DNA from: Myxococcota bacterium
GTDB taxonomy: Bacteria; Myxococcota_A; UBA9160; SZUA-336
Length of the DNA: 64,000 bases
Assembly: GCA_965247115.1 (NCBI GenBank)
Contig: CBDFGR010000002.1
Location: 128,001 to 192,000 of the forward strand
Reading direction: 5' to 3'
Each line of letters begins with the position of its first letter. The first letter of the stretch is position 1. Position numbers and translations under genes: made by a program. Under the pieces are notes generated by a model that searched no databases, was not told where the DNA came from, and saw only the letters and a program-made list of their open reading frames with translations. Positions 15,506-28,372 of the stretch are shown in pieces.

Positions 15506-17104
15506 ATGGAGGTCGAGAGTCGTTTTCTGGTGCTCGGCAGCGGGATTGCGGGGCTCAGCTTCGCATTGCGCGTGGCAGAACACGGCTCCGTCGTCGTGGT
15601 CACAAAGAAGGGGACCGCGGAATCCGCCACGAACTACGCGCAGGGTGGCATCGCCGCCGTGATCGATGCGGGCGACTCGTTCGAGGCGCACGTTCGCGAC
15701 ACGCTGGAGGCAGGAGCCGGGCTGTGCGACGAAGAGGTCGTGCGCTTCGTGGTCGAGCACGGGCCAGAAGCCGTCCGCAGCTTGATCGACTTCGGCGTGC
15801 GCTTCGACGCGAGCGAGGGTGGGGACGGCTACGACCTGGGGCGAGAGGGCGGCCACTCGCGGCGGCGGGTGCTGCACGCCGCGGACTTCACCGGACAGGA
15901 GATCGAGCGGGTGCTGGTGGAGCGCTGCGAGGCGCACCCGAACATCCAGCTCGTCGCAAACTCGATCGCCGTGGATCTACTCACGACGAGGACGCTCGGG
16001 CTCGCGAACTCCACGCGAGTGCTAGGCGCCTACATCCTCGATGAGGACAGCGGCGAGATCTCCACCTTCCGCGCCCCGGTCGTGCTCCTCGCCACAGGCG
16101 GCTGCGGCAAGGTCTACGTGTACACGAGCAACCCCGACATCGCCTCGGGGGACGGCGTCGCGATGGCCTACCGCGCTGGCGCCAGCATCGCGAACATGGA
16201 GTTCTACCAGTTCCACCCGACCTGCCTCTATCACCCCGAGGCGCGCTCCTTCCTGATCAGCGAGGCCGTACGTGGAGAGGGCGGGATCCTGCGCACAAGA
16301 GCGGGCGAGCGCTTCATGCCCCGCTACGACGACCGTGCGGATCTGGCACCGCGCGACATCGTTGCGCGGGTGATCGACTTCGAGCTCAAGCGCTCGGGAG
16401 ACGACTGCGTCTATCTCGATTGCACGTCGCTGGATCCATCCTTCATCCGCTCACGCTTTCCAAACATAAGGGAGCGCTGCGCGCAGTTCGGCTTCGATCT
16501 GGCGAAGCAACCGATTCCCGTGGTCCCGGCTGCTCACTACGCTTGCGGCGGCGTCCGCACGGATCTGCGCGGCGAGACGGACATCCGCAACCTGTTCGCC
16601 GCAGGCGAGGTGACGTGTACCGGCCTTCACGGAGCCAACCGCCTGGCCTCGAACTCGCTCCTCGAGGGTGTCGTGTTCGCGCGCGCGGCGGCCGACGAGG
16701 CGATCGCGCGCAGCGGGGAGGACCTGGAGCCAGTACCGGCCCTGCCCCGCTGGGATCCGGGGCGAGCAAGCGATCCCACAGAATCGGTTCTCGTGAACGC
16801 GAATTGGGACGAGATCCGGCGCATGATGTGGAACTACGTGGGCATCGTGCGCAGCAACAAGCGCCTGGCCCGCGCCCGGCGCAGGATCGAGCTCCTGCAG
16901 CAGGAGATCCGGGACTACTACTGGGACTTCACGCTGACCCCGGGGCTGGTGGAGCTGCGCAACCTCGCGACCGTCGCGGAGCTGATCGTAGAGAGCGCGC
17001 TCCAACGCCGCGAGACGCGCGGCCTGCATTACACGGTCGATTATCCCGGGAGGGCCGAGGTCGCCAGCAACACGGTGCTGAAACGCAGCGCAGACCCCGC
17101 CTAG
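15506..17104 (+). CDS. nadB: L-aspartate oxidase
   Basis: GSGIAGL, YAQGGIAA, EGGHSRRRVLH, QFHPT, GLHGANRLASNSLLE. Confidence 0.96.
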   Translation: MEVESRFLVLGSGIAGLSFALRVAEHGSVVVVTKKGTAESATNYAQGGIAAVIDAGDSFEAHVRDTLEAGAGLCDEEVVRFVVEHGPEAVRSLIDFGVRFDASEGGDGYDLGREGGHSRRRVLHAADFTGQEIERVLVERCEAHPNIQLVANSIAVDLLTTRTLGLANSTRVLGAYILDEDSGEISTFRAPVVLLATGGCGKVYVYTSNPDIASGDGVAMAYRAGASIANMEFYQFHPTCLYHPEARSFLISEAVRGEGGILRTRAGERFMPRYDDRADLAPRDIVARVIDFELKRSGDDCVYLDCTSLDPSFIRSRFPNIRERCAQFGFDLAKQPIPVVPAAHYACGGVRTDLRGETDIRNLFAAGEVTCTGLHGANRLASNSLLEGVVFARAAADEAIARSGEDLEPVPALPRWDPGRASDPTESVLVNANWDEIRRMMWNYVGIVRSNKRLARARRRIELLQQEIRDYYWDFTLTPGLVELRNLATVAELIVESALQRRETRGLHYTVDYPGRAEVASNTVLKRSADPA

Positions 17105-17640
17105 CCTCGGTCGGCGAGGCGATCCGCCAGCACGAGATCGGCCGCGGTCTCGAGATCCGGCGCGGACGGTACCGACCTCGCTAGCGGATTGCTCGTGGCG
17201 GAGCTGAGCAGGACCGCGCCCCGGCAGCTCGCCCGTTCGGCCAGCTCGACGTCGGCCTCGCTATCCCCGATGACCCAGCTCGCGGGCAAATCGGCCCCCA
17301 GCTCGTCACGCGCTCGCTCGAGCAAGCCGGGGGCCGGCTTGCGGCAGGCACAGCCCTGGTCGGGCCGGTGCGGGCAGTGATAGGACTGCTCCACCCGGAG
17401 ACCGACGGCGGCCAGCTCGTCCAGAAGGTGTGCCTGGAAGCGCTCGTAGGCGGCCAGGTCGTAGTAACCCCGCCCGATTCCGCTCTGATTCGTCACGATC
17501 GCCAGGCGATAGCCGGCTCGCGTGAGCTTGCGCAGCCCGGCGACCACGCCCGGCAGGAGCTCGTAGTCCTCCAGCCGATGCACGTAGCCAGGGTCGCGCA
17601 CCAGCGTGCCGTCCCGATCGAGGAAGATGAAGCGACTCAC
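17101..17640 (-). CDS. gmhB: D-glycero-D-manno-heptose 1,7-bisphosphate phosphatase (HAD IIIA)
   Basis: FLDRDGTL, VTNQSGIGRG, CPH..CACRKP, IGD. Confidence 0.88.
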   Translation of the reverse strand: MSRFIFLDRDGTLVRDPGYVHRLEDYELLPGVVAGLRKLTRAGYRLAIVTNQSGIGRGYYDLAAYERFQAHLLDELAAVGLRVEQSYHCPHRPDQGCACRKPAPGLLERARDELGADLPASWVIGDSEADVELAERASCRGAVLLSSATSNPLARSVPSAPDLETAADLVLADRLADRG

Positions 17641-17744
17641 CCTCGAACAGTCTCATCCGGGGGGACGCCGGACCGCAAGCGCCGCGTGACGGCCGCCCGA
17701 CAATGGGGCACGATCCGCATAGCGCACTCTCGAGGGAGCACTGG

Positions 17745-18778
17745 ATGCCGAAGAAGGTCGCCCTGATCACGGGCGTGACGGGCCAGGACGGCTCGTATCT
17801 CGCAGAGCTGCTGCTCGACAAGGGCTACGAGGTACACGGGGTTGCCCGCCGCACCTCGATGTTCAACCGCGAGCGGATCGAGCCCGCACGCGAGAGCGCG
17901 CAGCGGGACGGAAAGGTCTTCGAGCTGCACTACGGCGATCTCGGTGACTCCAGCAGCCTGAACCGGATCATCGCGCTGGTGCGCCCCAACGAGGTCTACA
18001 ACCTGGCTGCGCAGAGCCACGTGGGCATCTCGTTCCAGCAGCCCGAGTACACGAGCGACGTCGACGCCACGGGCACGCTGCGCCTGCTCGAGGCGATCCG
18101 GAGCAACGGCCTGGACGCGCACTTCTACCAGGCCTCCACCTCGGAGCTCTTCGGGGAGGTGTCCGAGACCCCGCAGCGAGAGACGACTCCCTTCCGACCG
18201 CGCTCCCCCTACGCCGCGTCCAAGCTCTATGCCTACTGGATCGTGCGGAACTACCGAGAGGCATACGACATGCACGCCAGCAACGGGATCCTGTTCAACC
18301 ACGAGTCGCCTCGCCGCGGTGAGAACTTCATCAGCCGGAAGGTGACGAGCGGCTTGGCCAGGCTCAAGCTGCGCGGGACGCAGCCCCTCCGAGTCGGCAA
18401 CCTCGAGGCCGTGCGGGACTGGGGCTATGCGCCGGAATACGTCGAGATGATGTGGCGGATGCTGCAGCAGGACGGTCCCGGCGACTACATCGCGGCGACC
18501 GGAGAGAACCACTCGGTGCGGGAGCTGATCGAGGCTGCTGCCGCCTGCGTCGACTACGAGGTCGAGTGGGAGGGCGAGGGCGTTGCGGAGGTAGGCAGAG
18601 ACGCCCGGAGTGGCGAGGTGATCGTCGAGGTGGACCAGACTTTCTACCGCCCTGCAGAGGTCGACCTCTTGCTGGGGGATGCGAGCAAGGCCAAGGAGGA
18701 GCTCGGCTGGGCTCCCACAGTGCGCTTTGCCGAGCTGGTCCAGATCATGATGGACGCCGACATCAAGCTCTGGAGCAC

Positions 18779-18782
<4 letters not shown>
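17745..18782 (+). CDS. gmd: GDP-mannose 4,6-dehydratase
   Basis: ALITGVTGQDGSYLAE, NLAAQSHV, YQASTSELFG, FNHESPRRG. Confidence 0.97.
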
Positions 18783-20229
<1,447 letters not shown>

Positions 20230-20233
<4 letters not shown>

Positions 20234-22440
20234 TTCAGCGCCTCCGGCAGCGTTCCGCCCCATACATCGTGCGCTTCCGCGAGCGCGACGTCGACACCTG
20301 GCGCGATCCGGATGCGATCTCCGCCGGTCTCGCCGATCACTCGCGCCGGAACGCCCGAGCGTTCGGCCAGCTCGAGCAGCTCACCTCGCTCCGCCGGCCC
20401 ACAGCTCACGACAGCGCGCGAAGCGGACTCGCCGAACAGGGCGGCCTCGGGTCGCAGACCCGAGCCGGGCAGCTCGGCACGAAGTCCAACTGACGACCGC
20501 AGCGCACACTCGGCAAGGCTGACCGCGAGCCCTCCGTCGGACACGTCGTGCGCGGAGCGTACAAGCCCGTCTCTGGCAGCGGCGCGCAAGAGCTCGTGCA
20601 GACGTCCCTCTGCCTCGAGATCGAGCAGGGGGGGGACGCCGCGCTCCAGGCCATGCCGCACCGCCAGGTACTCCGACGCTCCGAGCTCCCCCAGATTCTC
20701 GCCGAGGAGGACGATGGAGTCGCCCGCCGACTGGAACGCGGCCCCGACCGCATGGGTGACATCGTCGAGCAGCCCCAGCATGCCGATGGTCGGAGTGGGC
20801 GGGATCGAGCCCTCTCCGGCCGTCTCGTTGTAGAAGCTCACATTCCCCGAGACGATCGGGACCCCGAGCTCGCGGCAGGCCGCGCCCATCCCGCGCACGC
20901 TCTCGGAGAACTCCCACATCGACTCAGGCCGCTCCGGATTCCCGAAGTTGAGGCAGTTCGTGACGGCGTAGGGGCGAGCGCCGGTCACCGCGACATTGCG
21001 CGCCGCTTCGGCCACCGCGAGCTGCGCTCCCAGGTAGGGATCCAGCGAGCAGTAGCGCGGGTTGCAGTCTGTGGAGAGCGCGATGCCGAGGTTCGACCCT
21101 GGAACCCGCATCACAGCGGCGTCGCCGCCCGGACGCAGCACCGTGCTCGATTGTACGATCTGGTCGTACTGCTGGTAGACCCACTCGCGGGAGCAGAGGT
21201 TCGGGGAGCCGAGCAGCTCGAGCAGTGCGCCAGAGGGATCGGCCTCGGGAGCGAGCGCGGCCACGTCCAGCTTGCGCCGCTCGTCCAGATCGGCGGGGCG
21301 CACGACCGGGCGGTCGTAGACGGGGGCGCTGCGAGCGATCGGGTCGACGGGAATGTCGACAACGTGGGAATGCCGCCAGCGCACCTGCATTCGTCCGGTG
21401 TCCGTCACCTTCCCCACGACGACCGCCTCGAGATCCCACTTCGCAAAGACGTCGAGCACCTCGGCCTCGCGGCCTGCCTCCGCCACCAGCAGCATGCGCT
21501 CTTGCGACTCCGAGAGCAGCAGCTCATAGGGGCTCATGCCCTCCTCCCGCTGCGGCACCAGGTCCAGATCCATCTCGATTCCGGTCCCTGCGGCAGAGGC
21601 CATCTCGAAGCTCGAGCACGTGAGACCCGCGGCTCCCATGTCCTGAATGCCGATCACGGCGCCCGTCGCCATGACCTCGAGACAGGCCTCGAGGAGCAGC
21701 TTCTCGGCGAACGGATCGCCGAGCTGCACGGTCGGGCGCATGGATTCCGTGTCAGCGTCGAACTCGCTCGACGCCAGCAAGCTGGCCCCGTGGATGCCAT
21801 CCCGACCGGTTCGCGAGCCGACATAGATGACGGGGTTGCCGGGGCCGCTCGCCTTGGCGAGGAAGATCCCGTCAAGCGGGGCGATCCCCACGTTCATCGC
21901 GTTCACGAGGATGTTGCTCGCGTAGCCGGGGTGAAAGCTGACCTCGCCACCAACGGTGGCGCAGCCAAAGCAGTTGCCGTAGTCGCCAATGCCTGCCACA
22001 ACCCCGCGTAGCAGGTAGCGCTGACGGGGATCGTCGAGCTCGCCGAAGCGCAGCGAGTTCAGACTCGCGAGAGGCCGCGCCCCCATGGTGAAGATGTCCC
22101 GCAGGATGCCACCGACGCCGGTGGCCGCGCCGCCGTGCGGCTCGATGTAGGACGGATGGTTGTGGCTCTCGATCTTGAAGACGGCGGCCCGGCCCTCGCC
22201 GATGTCGACCACGCCCGCGTTCTCTCCGGGACCGTGCAGTACCCACGGAGCCTCCGTCGGCAAGGCGGCGAGATAGCGCTTGCTGGACTTGTAGGAGCAG
22301 TGCTCGGACCACATGACCGAGAACACCCCGAGCTCAGGGTACGTCGGGTCGCGTCCCAGGAGCTCGAGGACGCGCGTCCACTCCGCATCGCTCAGGCCGT
22401 GCTCGCGCGCGAGCTCCAGGTTGACCTCGGGCTCCCTCAC
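20230..22440 (-). CDS. purL: Phosphoribosylformylglycinamidine synthase subunit PurL
   Basis: [33 protein letters not shown]. Confidence 0.97.
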
Positions 22441-23129
22441 GGGCGGCAGCTTCGCAGGAACGAGCGCAGCAGCGTGGCACCATCGGAGCTGCCGAGCAGG
22501 GGATCCACGGCGTGCTCCGGATGCGGCATCAGTCCCAGGACGTTCCCCGACTCGTTTCTGACCCCGGCGATGCCGTCGACCGCACCGTTCGGGTTTGCGC
22601 CAAGGTAGCGGAACGCGACGCGCGGGGGTCGGTCAGGATCCGGGACATACGCTCCCTGCCCGTGCTTGATCGGAATCGAGAGCGACCCGCCCAGGGGAAG
22701 CCCGGCGCCCAGCAGACCCGGATCTTCGATCTGGAGCTCCACGTCGCGACACACAAAGCAGAGATCGCGGTTCCGTACCATCGCGCCGGACAGCAGGCCG
22801 GCCTCGCAGAGCACCTGGAAGCCATTGCACACCCCAAGTACCGGCCGCCCCGATTCCGCGAGAGCGGCCACTGCCCGCATGACGGGCGAGAAGCGCGCCA
22901 TGGCTCCCGCGCGCAGGTAGTCCCCGTACGAGAAGCCGCCCGGGACCGCGACTCCGTGGAGGTTGTCCGGCAGGCGCCTGTCCTTGTGCCACACCATCTG
23001 CACGTCAGCGCCGACGCGCGAGAGAGCACCGGCCATGTCGCGATCGTCGTTGGAGCCGGGGAACACCACCACCCCGATGCGGGGTCCGGGTGTCTGGGGC
23101 AGCGTCTCCGGCTGGGCTTGCGTCGTCAC
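22437..23129 (-). CDS. purQ: FGAM synthase glutaminase subunit
   Basis: [32 protein letters not shown]; start approximate. Confidence 0.93.
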   Translation of the reverse strand: MTTQAQPETLPQTPGPRIGVVVFPGSNDDRDMAGALSRVGADVQMVWHKDRRLPDNLHGVAVPGGFSYGDYLRAGAMARFSPVMRAVAALAESGRPVLGVCNGFQVLCEAGLLSGAMVRNRDLCFVCRDVELQIEDPGLLGAGLPLGGSLSIPIKHGQGAYVPDPDRPPRVAFRYLGANPNGAVDGIAGVRNESGNVLGLMPHPEHAVDPLLGSSDGATLLRSFLRSCRP

Positions 23130-23258
23130 GCGGCTCGTCGGGCTCTGGAGGGATCGCCGGAGGCGGCGGGGGCTCACGCTCCCCCCTGGGAACGGGTACA
23201 GCCGCAGTGTGCCAGCCGCTTCACTGAGTTTCAACGCGCGGCGCGGTAAACTTGACGC

Positions 23259-23768
23259 ATGAGGGACGATCCGAAATCCCCTGGCGCGCCGCGAGACCTC
23301 GGCTACGAGGAGGTCGTCGCGCTGCTACGCCGCGAGCTGCGCGCTGTCGCACGCAACGCCCGCGTCTTTGGGCTACGCTCGCGGGCCCGGCCTTCGCTGA
23401 TGAGTGCCCGCAGCTGGGCGGAGCTCGCCCAGATCGAGGCCGAGCTCCAGGACATCCTGGAGCACACGCTGCGTCTCGAGCTGCACGTGGAGCCGTGGAC
23501 GGGGTGGGGAAGGACGGCCGTCGGAGTCGGCAGCTTCATCGATAGCCTGGCGGGCGAGCGGCGCCTGCTGACGCGCCTATTCGGCACCGCCGCTCACCAT
23601 CCGATCGAGCGCTGGCGTGCCGGCGTGCCGCAGCTGGAGGACGCCTTGTGGCCCTTCCTGAGCGGGCGAACGCGCTATCTCGCGAACACCCTGGCCCTAG
23701 CCCTGAACGAGCCGGCGCCCTTCGCCCAGCTGATCTGGCACCCTCGCCGCCGCCAGTTCACGTCGTGA
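23259..23768 (+). CDS. Hypothetical protein
   Basis: 169-aa ATG ORF filling the purS-purQ gap on the opposite strand. Confidence 0.55.
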   Translation: MRDDPKSPGAPRDLGYEEVVALLRRELRAVARNARVFGLRSRARPSLMSARSWAELAQIEAELQDILEHTLRLELHVEPWTGWGRTAVGVGSFIDSLAGERRLLTRLFGTAAHHPIERWRAGVPQLEDALWPFLSGRTRYLANTLALALNEPAPFAQLIWHPRRRQFTS

Positions 23769-23810
23769 CTTGTGGGACCCGGCCGCGAGCGTCCGCGGCC
23801 ACCCACCTCC

Positions 23811-23859
23811 GCTCAGGCCCAGGGCCTTCGCTGCGCGCGCCGCTTTCGCGGCGCTTGCA
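23811..23859. repeat. REP-like intergenic repeat, copy 1
   Basis: 47/49 identical to 62099-62147; hairpin gcgccgc-tttc-gcggcgc. Confidence 0.85.
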
Positions 23860-23969
23860 TGGGTGCCAAGCCTCGTAGCAGGGTGCCGGTTCTCCCCGGA
23901 GTCATAACTTGGGGACGGTCCTTAATCATAACTTGTTTGGCCTGAATCGAGACTTCTGGTCGCTGGGGG

Positions 23970-24209
23970 CTATGAAACGCGGATTTCGTATTGCTCGATG
24001 ACGGGGTTTGCGAGGAGCTTTTCGCACATTTCTGAGGCCAGGTGGCGAGCTTGCTCGGCGTCCGCGGCGTCCAGGTCGAGGTGAATCACCTTGCCCGTCC
24101 GTACTTCGGCGACCTGGTCGTAGCCGAGCTCGCGCAAGGCGCGCTCGACCTGGCGGCCCTCGGCGTCGAGCACGCCGGGCTTCAGGGTGACGAGAACGGT
24201 GACCCTCAC
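23970..24209 (-). CDS. purS: FGAM synthase subunit PurS
   Basis: VTLKPGVLDAEG...VRTGK...CEKLLANPVIE. Confidence 0.95.
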   Translation of the reverse strand: MRVTVLVTLKPGVLDAEGRQVERALRELGYDQVAEVRTGKVIHLDLDAADAEQARHLASEMCEKLLANPVIEQYEIRVS

Positions 24210-25513
24210 GACTCCGTGGCTCCGGCGAGCACCCGCTCAAAGATCGCGTCCACGTGCTGCAAGTGCCGCTCGAGGTCGAAGCACTCCGCGAGCTCGTCGG
24301 GCTTGAGCAGCTTCCCCAGCTCTTCGTCTGCCTGAAGGCGGTCGTAGAGGTGGCCGCCTTCGTCTCCGGTTGCGAGCGCGTGCCCCTGGACGAGGCGATA
24401 GGCCTCCTGCCGGGAGAGCCCGTGTCGCAAGAGCGCGAGCAGGACTGCGCCGGAGTAGACGAGCCCTCGGCTGGCATCCAGGTGCCGACGCATCTGCTCC
24501 GGGAACACCTCGAGTCCTGCGATGAGCTCGGCGAGGCGGTACAACATGAAGTGCACAGTTGTCGTCGCGTCCGGTCCGACGACCCGTTCGACGGAGCTGT
24601 TCGAGATGTCGCGCTCGTGCCACAGCACCGAGTTCTCGAGCGTCGCACTCGCGTAGCCCCGCACCACGCGCGCCAGCCCCGCAAGCGTCTCGAAGCGCCA
24701 GGGGTTGCGCTTGTGCGGCATGGCCGAGCTCCCCTTCTGCTCGGCGCCGAAGAACTCCTGGACCTCGCCCACCTCGGTGCGAGCGAGGTGGCGCATCTCT
24801 ACCGCGATGCGCTCGATTCCCGTCGCTGTTTGCGCGAGCGCATTGACCAGCTCGGCATGGCGGTCGCGCGAGACGATCTGCGTCGAGATGGCGGCAGGCG
24901 CAAGTCCGAGCTCGGCCATGGCCGCGGCCTCCACCTCCGGACCCAGGTGGGCGAAGGTGCCAACCGCGCCAGATGCCTTGCCCACGGCAACTGCCTCGCG
25001 GGCGCGTTCGAGACGGGTGTGGTTGCGCCGCATCTCGTCGAAGCCGTAGAGCAGCTTCAGTCCGAAGGTCGTCGGCTCCGCGAAGATGCCATGGGTTCGA
25101 CCGACGCACACGGTGCGCCGGTGCTCGAGCGCGCGATCTCGCAGCGCGTCAAGGACCCTGCGACTCTGCTCGAGAATGTGGTCCATCGCGTCGCGCAGCT
25201 GCAGGGCCAGGCACGTGTCGAGCACGTCGGAGGACGTGAGGCCGAGATGCACGTAGCGAGCGGCGGGGCCAATCTCCTCGGCCAGCGCGTCCAGATACGC
25301 GTTCACGTCGTGGTGCACCCTCGCCTCGATCTCTGCGACGCGCTCCGGATCCACCTTTGCGCGCGCCTCGATCGTCTCGAAGGCCTGGCGCGGGATCTCG
25401 CCGCGGTCTGCCAGGGCCCGACAGACCGCAACCTCGATCCGGGTCCAGAGCTCATACCGATGCGCATCGGCCCAAAGCGCCGCCATCTCGGGCCGCGTGT
25501 ACCGCGAAATCAC
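24206..25513 (-). CDS. purB: Adenylosuccinate lyase
   Basis: MISRYTRPEM, GRTHG, GSSAMPHKRNP. Confidence 0.97.
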   Translation of the reverse strand: MISRYTRPEMAALWADAHRYELWTRIEVAVCRALADRGEIPRQAFETIEARAKVDPERVAEIEARVHHDVNAYLDALAEEIGPAARYVHLGLTSSDVLDTCLALQLRDAMDHILEQSRRVLDALRDRALEHRRTVCVGRTHGIFAEPTTFGLKLLYGFDEMRRNHTRLERAREAVAVGKASGAVGTFAHLGPEVEAAAMAELGLAPAAISTQIVSRDRHAELVNALAQTATGIERIAVEMRHLARTEVGEVQEFFGAEQKGSSAMPHKRNPWRFETLAGLARVVRGYASATLENSVLWHERDISNSSVERVVGPDATTTVHFMLYRLAELIAGLEVFPEQMRRHLDASRGLVYSGAVLLALLRHGLSRQEAYRLVQGHALATGDEGGHLYDRLQADEELGKLLKPDELAECFDLERHLQHVDAIFERVLAGATES

Positions 25514-25573
25514 TTTGCTCTCCAGCGCACGTTCACACCGCGGGAGGCCACCCGCGCGCCGGGTCTCACGAGA

Positions 25574-26584
25574 CTAGCCATGACGGAGATAGTAATAGGC
25601 CAGAAGCATGTAATACATGACGGGGATCACGAGCAGAGCGGAGTCCACGCGATCCAGGACACCACCCACTCCAGGCAAGATGCTTCCCGCATCCTTCAGG
25701 TCGGCGTCGCGTTTCAGCACGGATTCGACCAGGTCCCCCAGCACGGCAATAACGGTGAGGAGTGCACCGAACAGGCCCGCCGCGGTGTAGGTCAGCTCGT
25801 TGGAGAGCCCGCCCGGAATGATCTCGTCGAAGACGAACTTGGTCAGGAGGCAGCAGAGCGTCCCGGTCACGACTCCGCCGAGCGCTCCCTCGAGCGTCTT
25901 GTTCGGACTGATAGCGGGAGCGAGCTTTCGGCGCCCGAACTTGGTTCCGACAAAGTAAGCCCCGGTGTCGGAGAAGACCGCGGCCACCAGACAGAAGATG
26001 ATGAAGAAGAAGCCGAGCTGCGGCTCGAACTCCAGCGTCGGGTAGCGGTTCGACAGATCCTTCGCGATGAAGCGCACGGAGACGGCGTGGGCGAGCAGCC
26101 AGCCCACGTAGAACACCCCGAAGAACGTGGCCGAGATGCTCATCATCGCCTCGCGGATCTGCGCATGGGTCAGCTGCAACAGCATCACCGTGAGCAGCAC
26201 AGCCGTCATGAAGCTCGTGGCGAGGAAGGCGTCGCCCACGTAAACGATGAGCGGCAGGGCCGCAGCCGCGAGCGTGCCGAGCAGCCGGTTCGGCGTGCCC
26301 CCCTTCGCCGCGATAAAGCCGTAGAACTCATTGATCGCGATGCTGCTGAACACGATCACCAGGCCCACGTACCAGAGCCCGCCCACGTAGCAAATCCAGA
26401 GCACGGGCGGCACGAGAAACGAGGTGGTCACGAGCCGCAGCGCCAGGTTGCTGGGTCGCCAGCGCGCCCTCTCGGGCTCGCGCGCCGATGGTGGCTGCGG
26501 GTGGATGCCGAGCCCCGGAGGTGACCTCTGTTCGGGCTCCGCGCTCCCCGTCACATCCTCTGGCGGTGGATCTTGAATGCTCAT
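25574..26584 (-). CDS. cdsA: Phosphatidate cytidylyltransferase
   Basis: SDTGAYFVG...ISPNKTLEG...GDLVESVLKRDADLKDAG..LPG.GGVLDRVDS. Confidence 0.93.
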   Translation of the reverse strand: MSIQDPPPEDVTGSAEPEQRSPPGLGIHPQPPSAREPERARWRPSNLALRLVTTSFLVPPVLWICYVGGLWYVGLVIVFSSIAINEFYGFIAAKGGTPNRLLGTLAAAALPLIVYVGDAFLATSFMTAVLLTVMLLQLTHAQIREAMMSISATFFGVFYVGWLLAHAVSVRFIAKDLSNRYPTLEFEPQLGFFFIIFCLVAAVFSDTGAYFVGTKFGRRKLAPAISPNKTLEGALGGVVTGTLCCLLTKFVFDEIIPGGLSNELTYTAAGLFGALLTVIAVLGDLVESVLKRDADLKDAGSILPGVGGVLDRVDSALLVIPVMYYMLLAYYYLRHG

Positions 26585-27045
26585 CCGCGACCGGTGTGTC
26601 CGAAGCGGCCCGCACCCCGCGACGTCGTGCCGAGGGCCTCGGACTGCTCGACCTCCTGGAAGACGGGCTCGGCGACAGGGGCGATCACGAGCTGCGCGAT
26701 GCGATCCCCCCGCGCGAGACGCACGGCCCGGTCGCCGGTGTTGTCCAGGATTACGTGAACCTCGCCCCGGTAGTCCGCATCGATCGTGCCGGGGGCGTTC
26801 GGCACCACTACACCGGACTCGAGCGCGAGGCCGCTCCGGCTCCGCACCTGACCCTCGAAGCCCGGCGGGATGGCGAGCGCGAACCCCGTCGGTACGGCAG
26901 CGCGCTGGCCGGGAGCCAGCTCGAGCTCGGCGTGAATGGCGGCGCGCAGATCGACCCCCGAGCTGTGCTTCGTTGCGGGCTCGGGTAGGGGCAGATCGGC
27001 GTCGGCCTCGCCCCGGACCCGCAGGATGCGGATGACGGGCTTCAT
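26581..27045 (-). CDS. dut: dUTP diphosphatase
   Basis: SGVDL, RSGLA, GTIDADYRGEV, RGAGRFGHTG. Confidence 0.95.
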   Translation of the reverse strand: MKPVIRILRVRGEADADLPLPEPATKHSSGVDLRAAIHAELELAPGQRAAVPTGFALAIPPGFEGQVRSRSGLALESGVVVPNAPGTIDADYRGEVHVILDNTGDRAVRLARGDRIAQLVIAPVAEPVFQEVEQSEALGTTSRGAGRFGHTGRG

Positions 27046-28310
27046 GTCGGCAGAGCCCAACCTGCCGTGGGCAGGCTGTCGGAATCGACGGGGCCGACGA
27101 CGGCCAGGGGGAGCGGCGCCCCGAGCAGAGAAGCGGCCAGTGCGTGGATCTCGCCGAGCGTGACTCGCTGCAGCTCGTCGAGATCCCGCTCCAGCTCGAG
27201 GTTCTCCTCGCCGAGGAGCACCTGCTCAGCGAGGTAGCCCATTCGCGCGCCGGTCGACTCGTGACCGAGCAGCAGACTGACACGCAAATGCTCGCGCGCC
27301 GCCTCGAGCTCCGCCGGGCTGATGCCAGCGTCGCGTACGTTCCCGAGCTCGCGGCTCACGACCTCCAGAGTTTCCTCGAGTTTCGCCGGTGCGACGCTGA
27401 AGCTGACGTCGAGGCGGCCCGTGTCCGTGTAGCTCACGAGCGAGGAGTAGATCGAGTAAACGAGCCCGCGCCTGTCGCGCACCTCGCGGAACAGGCGCGA
27501 GGAGTAGCCGTCCCCTACGATCGCGGAGAGCAGCTCGGCCGCCGCCCAGCGGGGATCCCGACCGGAGACACCTGGCGCGGAGAGCGTGACCTGTACCTGC
27601 TCGAGCTCCCGCTGCATCACCCGGGTCACCGGACGCGGTCCCTCCGGACTCGCAGAAGTTTGCCTCTCGCCAGTCGGGATCCGCCCGAGATGGCGGCTGG
27701 CCAGCTCGACCAGCTCTGCGTGATCAATCTTGCCGGCCGCGGCGATGACCAGCCCGCCGGCCACCAGGTGGCGCTTGTAGTGGGCCCGGATGTCGTCGAC
27801 TCCCAGGCGACCCACCGCAGGAGCCGAGCCGGCAATCGGCATCGCGAGCGGGTGGTCCCCGAAGAAGACGGAATCGCTGAGCTGTCCCAGCAGATCCTCT
27901 GGCGAGTCCTCCACGGCCCGGATCTCCGACAGGATCACTCTGCGCTCGCGCTCCACCTCCTCCTCGACTCCCGCCGGGAGGGCCTCGGTGGCGAGATCGC
28001 CAAACAGGGCCAGCAGACGCTCCAGGGTCTCGGCCAGCACGCGCGCGTACAGGCAGATGGTCTCTTTGCTCGTGTACGCATTGGAGACTCCACCGAGCAG
28101 ATCGATCTCGCGGTTGATCTGGTCGGCGCTCCGGCGCGGAGTCCCCTTGAACACCAGGTGCTCGATGAAGTGAGACACGCCGTTGTCGAGCTGGGTCTCG
28201 TGTCTGGATCCGGTCGGGAAGTACAGACCCAGCGAGATGCTCTCGACACCCGGCATCGACTCGCTCACCACGCTGGCCCCGGAGTCGAGGACGCTTCTCT
28301 CGGGAGGCAC
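27042..28310 (-). CDS. M16 family zinc peptidase
   Basis: HFIEHLVFKGT (HxxEH), NAYTSKE, SSRLFREVR; follows pnp. Confidence 0.92.
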   Translation of the reverse strand: MPPERSVLDSGASVVSESMPGVESISLGLYFPTGSRHETQLDNGVSHFIEHLVFKGTPRRSADQINREIDLLGGVSNAYTSKETICLYARVLAETLERLLALFGDLATEALPAGVEEEVERERRVILSEIRAVEDSPEDLLGQLSDSVFFGDHPLAMPIAGSAPAVGRLGVDDIRAHYKRHLVAGGLVIAAAGKIDHAELVELASRHLGRIPTGERQTSASPEGPRPVTRVMQRELEQVQVTLSAPGVSGRDPRWAAAELLSAIVGDGYSSRLFREVRDRRGLVYSIYSSLVSYTDTGRLDVSFSVAPAKLEETLEVVSRELGNVRDAGISPAELEAAREHLRVSLLLGHESTGARMGYLAEQVLLGEENLELERDLDELQRVTLGEIHALAASLLGAPLPLAVVGPVDSDSLPTAGWALPT

Positions 28311-28372
28311 TGCGGCTCCTCCTGCTCAGGCGACGCGGAGCCTTCCGCCCCCCGCCGCCCGGGCTCATCGCC

